The notes under the pieces are model-generated. The model saw only the letters and a program-made list of their open reading frames with translations. It was not told the DNA's origin and made no database searches. Source: Phoronis australis (Eukaryota > Animalia > Phoronida). Taken from it: a DNA stretch of 64,000 nucleotides. Every line of letters begins with the position of its first letter. The first letter of the stretch is position 1. Shown one piece after another: positions 1-11,559 of this stretch. Location: assembly GCA_002633005.1 (NCBI GenBank), contig NMRA01000140.1:1-64000 (forward strand), in the 5' to 3' direction. The translations under genes and the position numbers were made by a program.

Positions 1-2
1 GC

Positions 3-659
3 CATTATGAAACCAGCAGCAGCTTGGTTCGGTATATGGTTAAGAAATGTCATTCAACTGACTGCATTGAAGAAAACTTCGAAGTTACAAAGTATCATTC
101 AGATGATAGACTTCGAGTCGAGTATGAATTTATAGACTGTGGCACAGACGAAGTGCTGCTTCTTACTTCAGAATTTAGTGTAACACGTGTCCAGACGGTT
201 GAAGAGAAGTTGGGGTATGCAGCTGCTAAATGCATTGAGGAAAGACTGCAGGCTCCTTGCAGAGCGCAGGGAGAGTTGACGAATGATGATAGTTATACAG
301 ATGAAACAGATCTGATACCTGATAATGATTCAAGTGTTAGTGAGGACGCGATGTACACTGACAGTCATGCAACTTCTAGTGAACTGGTGTTTGCAGATGG
401 CGACGAGGATAGAGATGGCGAAGATGTTGGGACAGAATTGGTTCTTTCCTCAAGCCCAAAAGTCCAGGAAGAAGAAGTCAGTTGCGACAGTATCCCTGAG
501 AAAGGAGAGTATGCTGTAAAAGTTAGTGAAAGAGGGCTATTCAACAGAATCCGAAAGCACTTCAGGAGTAAAAGAGATTCATCTGATAGTGAAGTGCCCA
601 ACAATCCTACACGAAGGCCATTTCGCTGGCGCACTTTGTTCTGCTGCTGTAGTAGATAA
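3..659 (+). CDS. Unidentified acidic ORF, open to the left edge of the window (possibly a terminal exon); ends in a basic stretch plus LFCCCSR
   Basis: Stop-free frame from position 3 to TAA at 657-659, long for this AT-rich DNA. D/E/S-rich middle and C-terminal RRPFRWRTLFCCCSR. No family recognised. Confidence 0.4.
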   Translation, partial: HYETSSSLVRYMVKKCHSTDCIEENFEVTKYHSDDRLRVEYEFIDCGTDEVLLLTSEFSVTRVQTVEEKLGYAAAKCIEERLQAPCRAQGELTNDDSYTDETDLIPDNDSSVSEDAMYTDSHATSSELVFADGDEDRDGEDVGTELVLSSSPKVQEEEVSCDSIPEKGEYAVKVSERGLFNRIRKHFRSKRDSSDSEVPNNPTRRPFRWRTLFCCCSR

Positions 660-3600
660 TTTTTACGCATGGAAAATTGAACTAGACCGTATTTATCCAC
701 CGTGGCTGAGACGCGCTCGGCTCATGCTCAAAGGGATGCCGCCAAGCTGCTCTATTCATCGAGTCACGAGCGAGGATAATTGACTTCGCTCATGCGGATA
801 TGATCAGCTGATTATAGTCTAGCCTAACAACTGTACTTTTTATGGAGAGAATTTTACGTAGTTTTTACTGTAATATTTGAAAAGAAGAGCGAAAACAAAT
901 ACGAATACAACTTTGAATTTTTCAAATCGGCCCAGGATAAGAGATTTTGCAACACAGAAACACTCACGATTACTTTCATTCGGCGCGCACGAATACAAAA
1001 ATATAGGACCCAAGTTAGGATTGTATAAATGTAGAACTACTCCGTGTGTTATTNGACAGTCGAGCTGCATCCCACTTTGATAAAATGGACTTGACTTAGA
1101 AAGTGATAAAAACACGTGGAGGGACAAACGCATATCAAATGGCGTGGCACAATGGGACAATATCGTTGAAAAGAATTCCTTCCTCGATCCTAACTTATTC
1201 AATTTTGCATTTGGCGTACCATGTCTGTTTAATGCAAATTGCACGTGCGGTTGCCACTTACAGTACCTGAACGTTCAATGGTATCACTTCTGGCTATGAC
1301 AAAGTTCGCAAATTATGGGTGAAGCAAAGAAAACGCAGTTTCCGAAACAAGCTAGAGTTCAAACTAAGTATTCTTTATTATCTTTTGAGTCACTGCTACG
1401 CTAAATCATGTTCTAAAGGGGCATTTTTGGCGAGAATTTCACAGTAATTTACAGTAAGGTAGAATAAAACCCACTAACCTCACGTGGCAGCCGATGTTTT
1501 TTCGATGAACACTTACCACGAGTTAATGAGAACGAGCACGCAAAATTGTTACGGAAAAAAAGCCAAGTGGAAGGCTTGGTGGACTAAATGTAGGTCAGGA
1601 TCCCCTTCCAAGAAAACTGGCTTAACTGAGGCAAATCTTAAAACTTCAGTCAGTTTTAAGATATAATTTAAAGTTTCCCAAGACCGTTTCAAGAAAGAGA
1701 TCTCAAGTTTGACCTAAGTTTTGACTTAAGTTTTTTCCTGACTTTGACTATCTTACCGGATGTTTGTGGAAGTTTCAAAGTTTAGAAATGAGACAAATCT
1801 TAGACTTAAGTAGAAAATGAACTCGAACGGACCTCATAACAAGAACTTGCTCCTTTCTTTGACGTGACGCGATTTCTGTATTTGCAGACCTGACTAAATC
1901 GTTATGCCTTAGGACAAGGTTCAGCGTATATGTCACGTACGCCGCGGCAAGTCAGGTTAATTGTAGAGCTTGATCTCGAGTAATAACGAACATTTAGCGC
2001 GTTGGAAGCACTGAAATCATCCTCAATTTGTCTTCAGAAGGCTTTGAAACCAATTTCTTAACGGATTGTGTTTGTTCTTGAAATGGAAAGCAGGCTATAT
2101 ATAGTTGTTTTAACGTGCAGTGCAAAAGCACTACCAGCCAAGTTGTTTGAATCGATGTGACGTCTTAATGTAACTATGTTGATGATTTAGTTATCCATGA
2201 ATGTACACTAAGAGTAGTACCTACACAGAGCACGAGAATGGTTATCTTGTTACCGCAATCTCCAAGTCGAGTATCAATTTCTGAACAACATCTAGAACTA
2301 ATCGTGATATAATTAATGTCCGGTTGAACTTTAATTTGCTTTCCTTTCAAGTTGTAACACTATTTTCATCAAACGCCCTTAGCGTTAATAACACTGATAT
2401 TAAGTGGTCCCTTGCTCACATTAGAAGTACTTTGCGGCTTCAAATTAAAACTGATAATTCGTTGCTGCTGCAGTTCAGGCCGAATAATTGAGTTAACCCG
2501 GCACACAATTTTACGTTTCCAGCAAGTACTCAAACAACAACTTTCCCAAATCTTTGAGAAACCAACACGTTTAGATCATTACGTTCTATGACTTTGGCTT
2601 AAATCAAATGTTATGTGTTGAACAGGACTACATGTTCTTACCCCCTTGTAGCTATCAGGTATCTAGAGTTTCCGTTGTTTGTAAATTACAAGTGTGTTTA
2701 GTACATCATTCAAGTTTGGTTCCAGCGCCAGTTTATATACTGTTTCTGCATCATATAACTCTTTGCTATCTTCACAATCTATTTTCTATCGATTTTTGGA
2801 CGGGCACTATTTAATTCCATGCCGAACCTTCAAAGCTCCCGAAAGGCAGGCATATCCGTTTGGTACTAGCAAGAGACAAGGTTCATTCTGCGAGAATTTC
2901 GCTATTGTCAACGTTGTAAGCACGAGAAATCTACCAGACTAATAAATTCATGGATTTGATTTTAAAAATATTTATAAGAACGAAGCCAATTTCCGGTGGG
3001 AGACAATGGTAGAGTTCAATAGCTGTCTCGCAGCTAGAAAATTCTAGCCAAAATCTCGTGTTCTCGTTTAAAATACACGGCAATTTCTTGCATATTCTGT
3101 TGCAAAGTCTTGTTTTTTTCTAGGGTTACTGAACTCTACCAAAGATGTACTGTATATTGGTGGATAAACTGTAACAAATTTGTAGATATTCCACATTTTT
3201 GTGATCAGGCGGAGAGGAGCTGATGCGTTAACCCAAAGTAACTCAAAGCAACGACAACAGCCAGTCTCTGCATCGGTGTTAAATTTTCGATAAAAACTGA
3301 ACGTATGATTTTAATTAGTCATTTTCTGATGAGCTTTGAAATTTGTTTAATGAAGGGCGCGCCTAAATTTCTTGATCCAGCGGCTATTACTAGAAATGCC
3401 CTCGCTCTGTTCAGATTGTCATACGCTGTGTAGCAACTACATGTACATGTACACGTCACCGTCGTGCTTCGTCAGTACTGTCCTTCTAACGGACAAACGA
3501 AACATCAAGAATAACAAAAACCCGTTCAAGGAAAGCTTGGACATGTGATTTTTTCATTTATCTGCTAAGTACGAAGCTATTCCAACGATGAACAATCACT

Positions 3601-6600
3601 ATGAAAGCAACAGATTTGCTGAGGATTGAGCTTGCTGTGTTTCGGTTTTCCCAACCAACTTTGCTGTTCTAGACGCACCGGCTTTATTAGCTATTATACC
3701 AAGTGTCTGGTTGTGGGATGTTGTCTGCATTACATCCGGGAACTACACAACAGAAGTGACACTGGCCGTTAATCGAAGACACGGGGTATCCGTAGCCTAG
3801 ATCAAGACACTCGGCTTTGTCATAGGAATTTCGGAACCATTTATTTACACATCCGTCCAAAGTCACGCAACTGGAAAAGAAAACTGGAATTTAAAAGGTA
3901 GACAGGCCAGGACTGTGGTCACGATCAAAACCGTTTTACCTAAAGGACAACAACTGAGTCATTCGGACAGAGAGATGCTTAAATACTTCATACTGCAGAC
4001 AAAAAATAAAAAAAATTAATTCATCAGCACACAGAGCCTTCGTTTTGCAGGAAATGAGATTGCCTGCAAAGTTATTTTAGGCAATAAAAATTGTTTGGAA
4101 CAGTATTTGTGAAAACTGTGTAAAACTGCAGTAGCAGATTTGGCGGGTATAAGCAAGCAACAAAATATTTGGAGTTTTCACATTTTTTAACGAAAATATT
4201 CTTTTTTGTAAATTTGGAAAGGAATAATAAATCAGAGACAAGATCTTGTCGCTCGTTGGACCTGTTTTGATATTTTGACATGCTAATTGAAAAGAATTAA
4301 CTGTTTGCGGGTCTAGTAAATGTAAACAAATATCGTATCGCCAGAAGTAAAACTACAGTGTACAAACAACCCGTAGATTACTTGAAAAGCGATGATTTTC
4401 GCCGTTTCACGTTAATCAATTAACACAGCTGAGTCGTTCCTCACCAGTAGATGCACAAAATGTGAGTTAGAAGCGCGATGTGTGATAGAGGCAACTCCGT
4501 TATCGAAAGATTCCTACCGTGAGGATAAAGCTGACAGTCTTACAGCCCATCAAGAGTGTTCAGGTGAATGCAGTTTGATTGTTTGTGACCGTTATCGCAA
4601 ATCGCAGTATCAAAATCATCATCTTAAGTGTAGTCAACTGCCACAGAATGTAAATAACCGAATTGTTCGTTTTTTTGAAGAAAGTGCGGAAACGTAGACA
4701 CCAGGGTAATTTTTGCATTTTTTTCAGAAAAGTTGACAAGTGATTTCAATCATTTTTGGATTCACTTTCTTGTGCACAATAAAATCATCTAGATTTAACG
4801 AAAACCAACATCTTGTCACATTACTGGCAGCCGGCTAAAACGAGCAACATGGAGCAAAAGAGATACGGCAGTCGGAAATCAAAAAATGCTCCTACTTAAA
4901 TAATGTAGTCAGAAATGCCTCCTTACGTTTTTGTGACCAAGGTCCCTCCTCCGGGTTTGTCCGTCAGTGAATTCATGCAGTATGGCTTATCGTCGTCGCA
5001 TGCTCGCTGTTGACATTTTTCTCCTGGAGCACACACGTAACACCAATTCTCTGATGGAAAGAGATAAGACTATGCTGTAATGATCTCGCATGTTGATGCA
5101 CGTAGGGCCATATTTCGTGTCTTTCTGGTAAAATATCGAATATAAGGAGTTTTGCTCTGATATAACTCCAGTTCTAAAATAATCCTTCAAATTAGTAAAC
5201 CAAAGTTCAAAACCATTCATTAAACCACTGAAGATTTATGACCGTATAGAATGTACATGAAAGTAGACAGGAGATGTTTAAAACCCACCGTACGCCAGGG
5301 ATTTCATCTTATCTAAACTTAACGGCTTGGACGAGTCGGGTTGAGTAGTTCATGCAAGATATCCATTGGTCAGTTGGAAAATGTCTGTGAAAATCCAAAC
5401 GAATGACAATGACACCCGTCGTGTAGTGTGCGACAAGCCTTTAAAGCCCAACGTTTTTATGCTACATAGAATACACACCTAGCAATGTCACGTCCATTTG
5501 TTATCTGTTCGTTTTTGAAGCACGAAAGCATGAGTCGTGACAATTGTAGACAGTACCACCTGAAGATACATAATCCAGTGATGTATGGAAGCTAAAGCAG
5601 CATAAATATCAGCCCCTTAGTATCAGAGAGGTCCTAAGTGCCTGTGGAATGTCTGGCAATAGTCACTCAACAGAGGTCCCAGAGAACCAGTTAGTTGCCC
5701 ACTGAATAACAAAACATCAAACTGGTTGTCAGTCGATCGAGAAAGGACGTCCATGGAAGGCGCAACTCGGGAGTGACGGAAAGTGTTGGCAACTGGGGCG
5801 GAAGTCTGAGAGCCAACACCACACTAGTAATCCTGATTGCGAGGGCTCCCCTTGCTAATCAAGCTACAAGCCTTCGGCAGCGTACCTATGGATCCGTCCC
5901 TAGCATAGTCTGAGCTTCACGCTTGTCATTTAATAACTGTTCTGCGCTTCACGCTCGCCACTATTAACTGTGACAAGAAAAATGACGTGATGCGAAAAAG
6001 TGAGCTCGATTTTAATTCACAGCCGTTTGAGTCACTCTTTATGAAGGCTGGCGTAGTCACTTGGCTAATTTATTTTACATAGGCATACAGTGTACCTAGG
6101 AAGAGGGGCAGGAGCGATCAAGTAGGCAGAAGTAAAACTGCTGGGACAATACCCGCATCGACGGGAGGTTTGCGCGGAGGCAAAAGCGATGTAAAGTGGG
6201 TGTGAAAAGGAATAAATTTGGGGTCGACTTTGGGGTGAAACTGGATGGGGACCGAAGGTGGGAATAGAAAGAGGTGACGATGGAGGATGCGCTCACAATT
6301 GTTTCTCTCTCTCCCCAGCTTCAGTAAACTTTGCTATGCTTAAGAATTACACAAAAACACAAAATACTGCAGCCAGATTGCAGAGCGAATGGCTTACTGA
6401 AATGTTAATTTATGAGCAAACCGTCGTGTTGCATGACTTTGTTCAAGAGACTGAACCGAATGCCCAAGGTTAAATTTACATAACACCATGTTATGTTTCC
6501 TACTGAATCCTACAATTGTGTGCAAATTAATTGCATAAAAGGATGAAAATGCAAAAAATGTCATATTGCCCACAGTAACTTCATTTGATTTAATCTAATT

Positions 6601-7059
6601 GCTTATCTCCTACTTAATAAGGTCACTTTTTTGTTTTTGTGAAGCATTTTAACGAGATTTCGCATGGAGGAATTTTCAAGAATTTTCCAATGAGTCTGGA
6701 TCTTGGGGTCTTGGAACAAAACCTAGATGAGTGCTTCTATGACGTTAGTGGTACAGCCTTGCATCACAAGCCGCTGTTTTCTAACAGACCGACCAGTTCT
6801 CAATGGAATTGATGTCCGGTGAGTATCTAGGTTAATCGAGCACCTCACTTTCTCTTTCGACAGCGATTTCTTCACTTTTTCGTCACGTTGTATGGAACCA
6901 GTTCCTGCTGGAAGATTACAGTACTACCAGTTCTCACTTTCCGCAGGTCTTGAACCACTCAGCAGAGCATCATGTCCTCTACTAGGTGCCACGTTCTAAC
7001 GCACTGATAGGAGATTGAAACAGTCCCAGAAACTTACTTGACATGGTTTGAATAATGTG

Positions 7060-7330
7060 ACGAACTCTAATGGATACTCGGGCATCCACTTAGATATACT
7101 GAAACCGGTCACCTTGAACAAAGAGAAGTCTCTCGTCCCTACCACACGGCGAAAAGGGTGACGAAATCCATATCCGAAAGCGGGATTAAGGTGCTTGACT
7201 AGCCGGATATCAAACCTATCCAAAGCTATTGGGAAATGGTGGTTGACAATATACGACTGTACCACCAAAGTGAGGTTTGCACCATGACCTTAAGATCCAG
7301 ACAGACTGCAAAACCCTTGTTAAATTGTTT
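7060..7330 (+). mobile_element. Degenerate Tc1/mariner-type DDE transposase remnant
   Basis: Translation from 7137 gives PYHTAKRVTKSISESGIKVLD*PDIKPIQSYWEMVV. This matches the Tc1 motif series (A)PxHTAK...GIxVLDWPxxSPDLNPIExxW, with a stop at the conserved W and a small deletion. Boundaries approximate. Confidence 0.55.
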
Positions 7331-7493
7331 ATCAAAAACAAAAGTGGTGATACTAAGATAGATATACAAATGACTTAATTCAAATGAAGTTCCTCTTGAC
7401 AATATGACATTTCTTACGTTTTCATCTTTGCATGCAGTTGACTTTCCTTTGCCTCGGTTCCATCCGAACGTGGTTTGCAACGCAACAGAAATA

Positions 7494-9687
7494 TTAACCT
7501 TGATACAAAGTCTTACTCGGTGATGCTGCTGTAGTTGTAGGCGGAACTGTTGTTGTTGCTGCTGCTGTAGTTGTTGCTTCTGTAGTTGTTGCTGTTGTTG
7601 TTTTTGTTGTTGTTGTTGTTGTTGTCGTTTCCTTCTTCGACGCAATTGTTGTAAAAGGAACGGACGATGTTGTAGTTTCTTCTGTAGTACCAGCCTTCGC
7701 AATTGATTTAATCGTTGTAAAAGAATATGTTTTCAATGTAGAAGTCTCCAGAGACTTCGTTGTAATTGTCGTAGATGCATCACCAGAAGTTGGTTCCATT
7801 GTTGGCATCTTTAGCGTAGAGGTCTTTTGGGATGTCGTTGAGGATGCAGTATTTGCTTCGGTAAAAGTTGTATACGTCGTTGTGGAAGAATTGGGAAGAG
7901 TCGACGTTGTAGCTGTGATCTCATCCGGCTTTGTCTTTTGCGCCACCGTGAAAACTGATGATTTTGTTGTTCCAGCTGATCCTTCATATGTTGTTGGTTT
8001 CACGGTTGAAGTTATCTTTGTAGACAACGGCAATTTGGTTGATACTGAAGCCGTCGAGGATGCTAATGGTATTGTTGTCAATGGGGCTGATGATGTTTGT
8101 CTGGTAGGTACATGCAGACGCGTTGGTGTTGGTTTTTGTGTAGTAATTGGCTTAGTGACAGGTGTTGTGATTTTTGACAAAACCGATTTCATAATAGGTG
8201 TCAGTGTCGGTGATGGGGCTATTTTTGTTGGCGAATTTATTGGAGAATTTGTTGTTGAAGGCGTTTGCGTAGGAGTACCAGCAGTAGTTGTTATATTTTT
8301 TACATTACCGACAGTAGATGTTGGCGTACGTGTATTCGTCGTCATTATTTTTGTAGGCGCAGAACGTGTTGAGGAAAACGGTGATGTTTGTGATCTTGGT
8401 GTGACCTTTGGGGACGTTACTCTGCTATTAGTCGTTTCTTGCTCTTGCTTTGGCGTTTTGTCCGAAGCTGTGACATTAATCGGGGACTTGGTTGTGCTAT
8501 GAGTGGCGACGGAATTATCAAGCAATTTACCGCAAGTACAGGGGCATAAATTTAATATTTGCTTATCATTGATGCAACTACGAACAGTAGTAAAGTGCGG
8601 GCATAAGAAATATGTATCGACACAAGGAGTGGAGACTCTGTTGGGCTTTGTGGTTAGCGGATGTTTACTCTCTACCGTTTTGGTTGTTTTGTTGTACTGT
8701 GGTGAGCTTGTGGGGTATGAGCTTACAGCTCGCTTCATCATTGATTTACTGACAATACCTGACTTGGTTGATAGTGGAGTTGTTACAGTTACTGGTGCTA
8801 CCGTTGTCGATTCCTCGGACGGGGCTCTTGTAAAATTGTTTATGATTCGTCCACATGTACACGGGCAAATATCTTTGTACTTCGAACACTCGGCCACAGT
8901 GGTGAAGTGTGGACAAAGGAAGTATGTTTCTACGCACTGCGTTGTGGGTAAAGCAGTCGTCTGCTTCAGTCTCTCCAGAAAAGGTTGGCAAGTACATGGG
9001 CACTGCTGAAAGAATTTATGACAAAGCTCAGAAGTAGTGAAGTGGGGACATAAGAAGTAAGTTTCAACACATTTCGTCACACGTTTCAGCGGAGGAGTCG
9101 TCGCATGAGTAGTTCTTTGAGATGTCGAGATGTCTCNGGGCATAAGAAATATGTATCGACACAAGGAGTGGAGACTCTGTTGAGCTTTGTGGTTAGCGGA
9201 TGTTTACTCTCTACCGTTTTGGTTGTTTTGTTGTACTGTGGTGAGCTTGTGGAGTATGAGCTTACAGCTCGCTTCATCATTGATTTACTGACAATACCTG
9301 ACTTGGTTGATAGTGGAGTTGTTACAGTTACTGGTGCTACCGTTGTCGATTCCTCGGCCGGGGCTCTTGTAAAATTGTTTATGATTCGTCCACATGTACA
9401 CGGGCAAATATCTTTGTACTTCGAACACTCGGCCACAGTGGTGAAGTGTGGACAAAGGAAGTATGTTTCTACGCACTGCGTTGTGGGTAAAGCAGTCGTC
9501 TGCTTCAGTCTCTCCAGAAAAGGTTGGCAAGTACATGGGCACTGCTGAAAGAATTTATGACAAAGCTCAGAAGTAGTGAAGTGGGGACATAAGAAGTAAG
9601 TTTCAACACATTTCGTCACACGTTTCAGCGGAGGAGTCGTCGCATGAGTAGTTCTTTGAGATGTCGAGATGTCTCGGTACAGTACAG
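7494..9687 (-). CDS. Large exon of a secreted mucin-like protein: three six-Cys CPCTC modules followed by a long Thr/Ser/Pro-rich region; interrupted by an artefactual 538-bp duplication at N9137
   Basis: Pyrimidine-rich acceptor (ttttatctttttcag) before 9687, in phase 1 and matching the donor of the 11120-11174 exon. ORF-track frames 9086-9721 and 7494-9164 join into one frame if one duplicated copy is removed, giving 569 aa. A possible donor (A|gtaaga at 7517) means the gene may continue past the TAA at 7494. Confidence 0.75.
8599..9675. repeat. 538-bp direct duplication (8599-9136 and 9138-9675) joined by one N; probable uncollapsed haplotypes
   Basis: Copies identical apart from 3 substitutions seen. 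A single N lies exactly at the junction, and the 539-nt offset breaks the reading frame. Confidence 0.85.
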
Positions 9688-11119
9688 CTGAAAAAGATAA
9701 AAATATTAATACAAAAATCACTGCTGTAAAAATTGGAAAGAATTATGTACACATTGACATTCTTATTCTAACCTAAGTACAGCTGTACCAAACAGCTAAA
9801 GCAGTCTAGGTTGTGCATTAATTTTGGCTTGAATTTCAGATAGGGTTGGGTCATTTCTCGATGAATACTTCGACAAATAAAAAGTTGGCAACAGGTTTTG
9901 AGTCACCAAATATAACACCAGTTACATAATCACATTAGCAAACAATGGACCTACTTACTACTACTTTCAAAGAATTTCGAATGAAAATAATTTTGCGAAA
10001 TTTTAAGAAGTGTTCCTAGTGATGAGATCATCTGTGATTTCCCTACACGTAAATCAATCCGTCAATCTCCCCCATTAACTACATTCAACTGTCATCTAAA
10101 GGTTGGTGTCATAAGGTATATATAGCATCCGTTTTCCATGTACTGTACCTGTGTAAAAATTACCACTAGCACAAACATGAAACGACTTAATACTTAATCT
10201 ATTGCACATTAGCCTTTACTTAAGCTAACAAAATTGACCAAATTATTCGGAAGACTCAACAAATACACGGAAATGTAGTTGCTTTAGTAGCGTGCTCTGC
10301 AATTTTTTTCTGAAATGTCCCGTTGACCTTATTGGTAATACCAGTCTCTCCCACGCCCTTGATTCTTACTATAGATGGCGCCACCACATTACTTTATTAT
10401 TAACGTGATTCGTTTCTTCTTGATGCTTCCTGCAAATTCATTTAGAATTGAATACCTTCGATTGGTAGTGTACCACGTTCACATAAAATTGAACTTGAAT
10501 GTGAGTTTCATGTACTCAGCAGCCTCATGGTTATACACTGTAAAATGTTTGTAGGTTTATGTGTTTGCTCGTTCATTCGTTTGCTTTTGTTGCACTTAGG
10601 TGTCTGAATATTATACATCTCATATTGTTATAACCAAATGCAATGATTCGCTTTTTGGGTAAGTTCATATGCACAATGGACGGATATGAAATTGAAGCCA
10701 CGTGGACTGAGATTAGATAGATTTTTGAGAAAAACAGAAAACTAGTCAGCATCTACAATATCAATATAATTGATTTAATTAAAACTTTACATTTTCAAAT
10801 ATCTGGAGCACACAATTAAGCAGGATTCAGAAAGCATGTAGAGGTTTATACCGCTATTAAAATCAGTTATAGTGCATATATTGTACAACTATAAATAACA
10901 TCCAAGTTAGGCTCACATTACGGGCATATTCTAGAGGATGTTCAAAGAGATTTCATGCAACACCTATACTCGTCTGTGTCTTTACAACTATAACAGTTCA
11001 AAACGTTATTGATGGTAGGCCTACCCATTACGACACGTTAACTCGGTCGCCAACATCCTCACAAAACGTTGAGCAATTCGTGGAATGAAGCTTTATCTTT
11101 CACTACAATTCACTCTCAC

Positions 11120-11174
11120 CTGCTTGCAGAGTGCTCGCAACCAAAAGGCAAAATAAAGCTGTTAGTGCGGCCAT
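11120..11174 (-). CDS. First coding exon (signal peptide) of the mucin-like CPCTC-module gene
   Basis: ATG at 11174 reads MAALTALFCLLVASTLQA, a hydrophobic signal-peptide-like sequence, then G|gtgaga donor. Phase 1 fits the acceptor at 9687. Confidence 0.7.
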
Positions 11175-11559
11175 GTCTCAGTTTGCTGTTGTGTGGTCAC
11201 TAGTGTTTACCTTAAGATATACTATAGTAATCTCATGGGAAAGAACACATGCAGCTGTGCGACTCGCTGCTGAATTACACTCTATCCCTGATCTTTGGCA
11301 ATCACGAGCATAAGTTCAAAACGTGCAAGTCGAGCAGGATTAAGCTATAGATGGCGCTGGTTCAAGACAGGGATTTACATCCGATGATGAACATTGATCG
11401 TGTTGTGGCGATGCTCCTTTTCCAGAGATGAAAAATAGAGCGGGGTTTGGGGTAATGTGTATTTGCATCGAATTAACAATGGTTATCATACAAACTGCAA
11501 TCTTTGGAAAGCCAGTCATCTAATGATAAAGCTCAAACCAACAAAACTTTAAGAGAAAT

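Noticed and set aside
5610-5900. Calling this RNase P RNA or a known ribozyme as a feature
   Set aside because: No CR-V/P4 pairing partner and no complete HDV, twister or hammerhead topology could be built; kept only as a finding.
6996-7268. Minus-strand 90-aa ORF as a further mucin exon
   Set aside because: The frame required by the phase-1 donor at 7517 hits a stop, and the opposite strand has Tc1 transposase motifs.
7226-7702. Poly-Q ORF on the minus strand
   Set aside because: Alternative frame of the mucin's poly-Thr (ACA/ACT) codons.
7882-9548. Val-rich plus-strand ORFs (206, 168 and 147 aa)
   Set aside because: Antisense shadows of the Thr-rich mucin exon.
10090-10148. Possible extra mucin exon after a tttttacacag acceptor on the minus strand
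   Set aside because: All three frames reach a stop within about 60 nt and no convincing donor precedes it.
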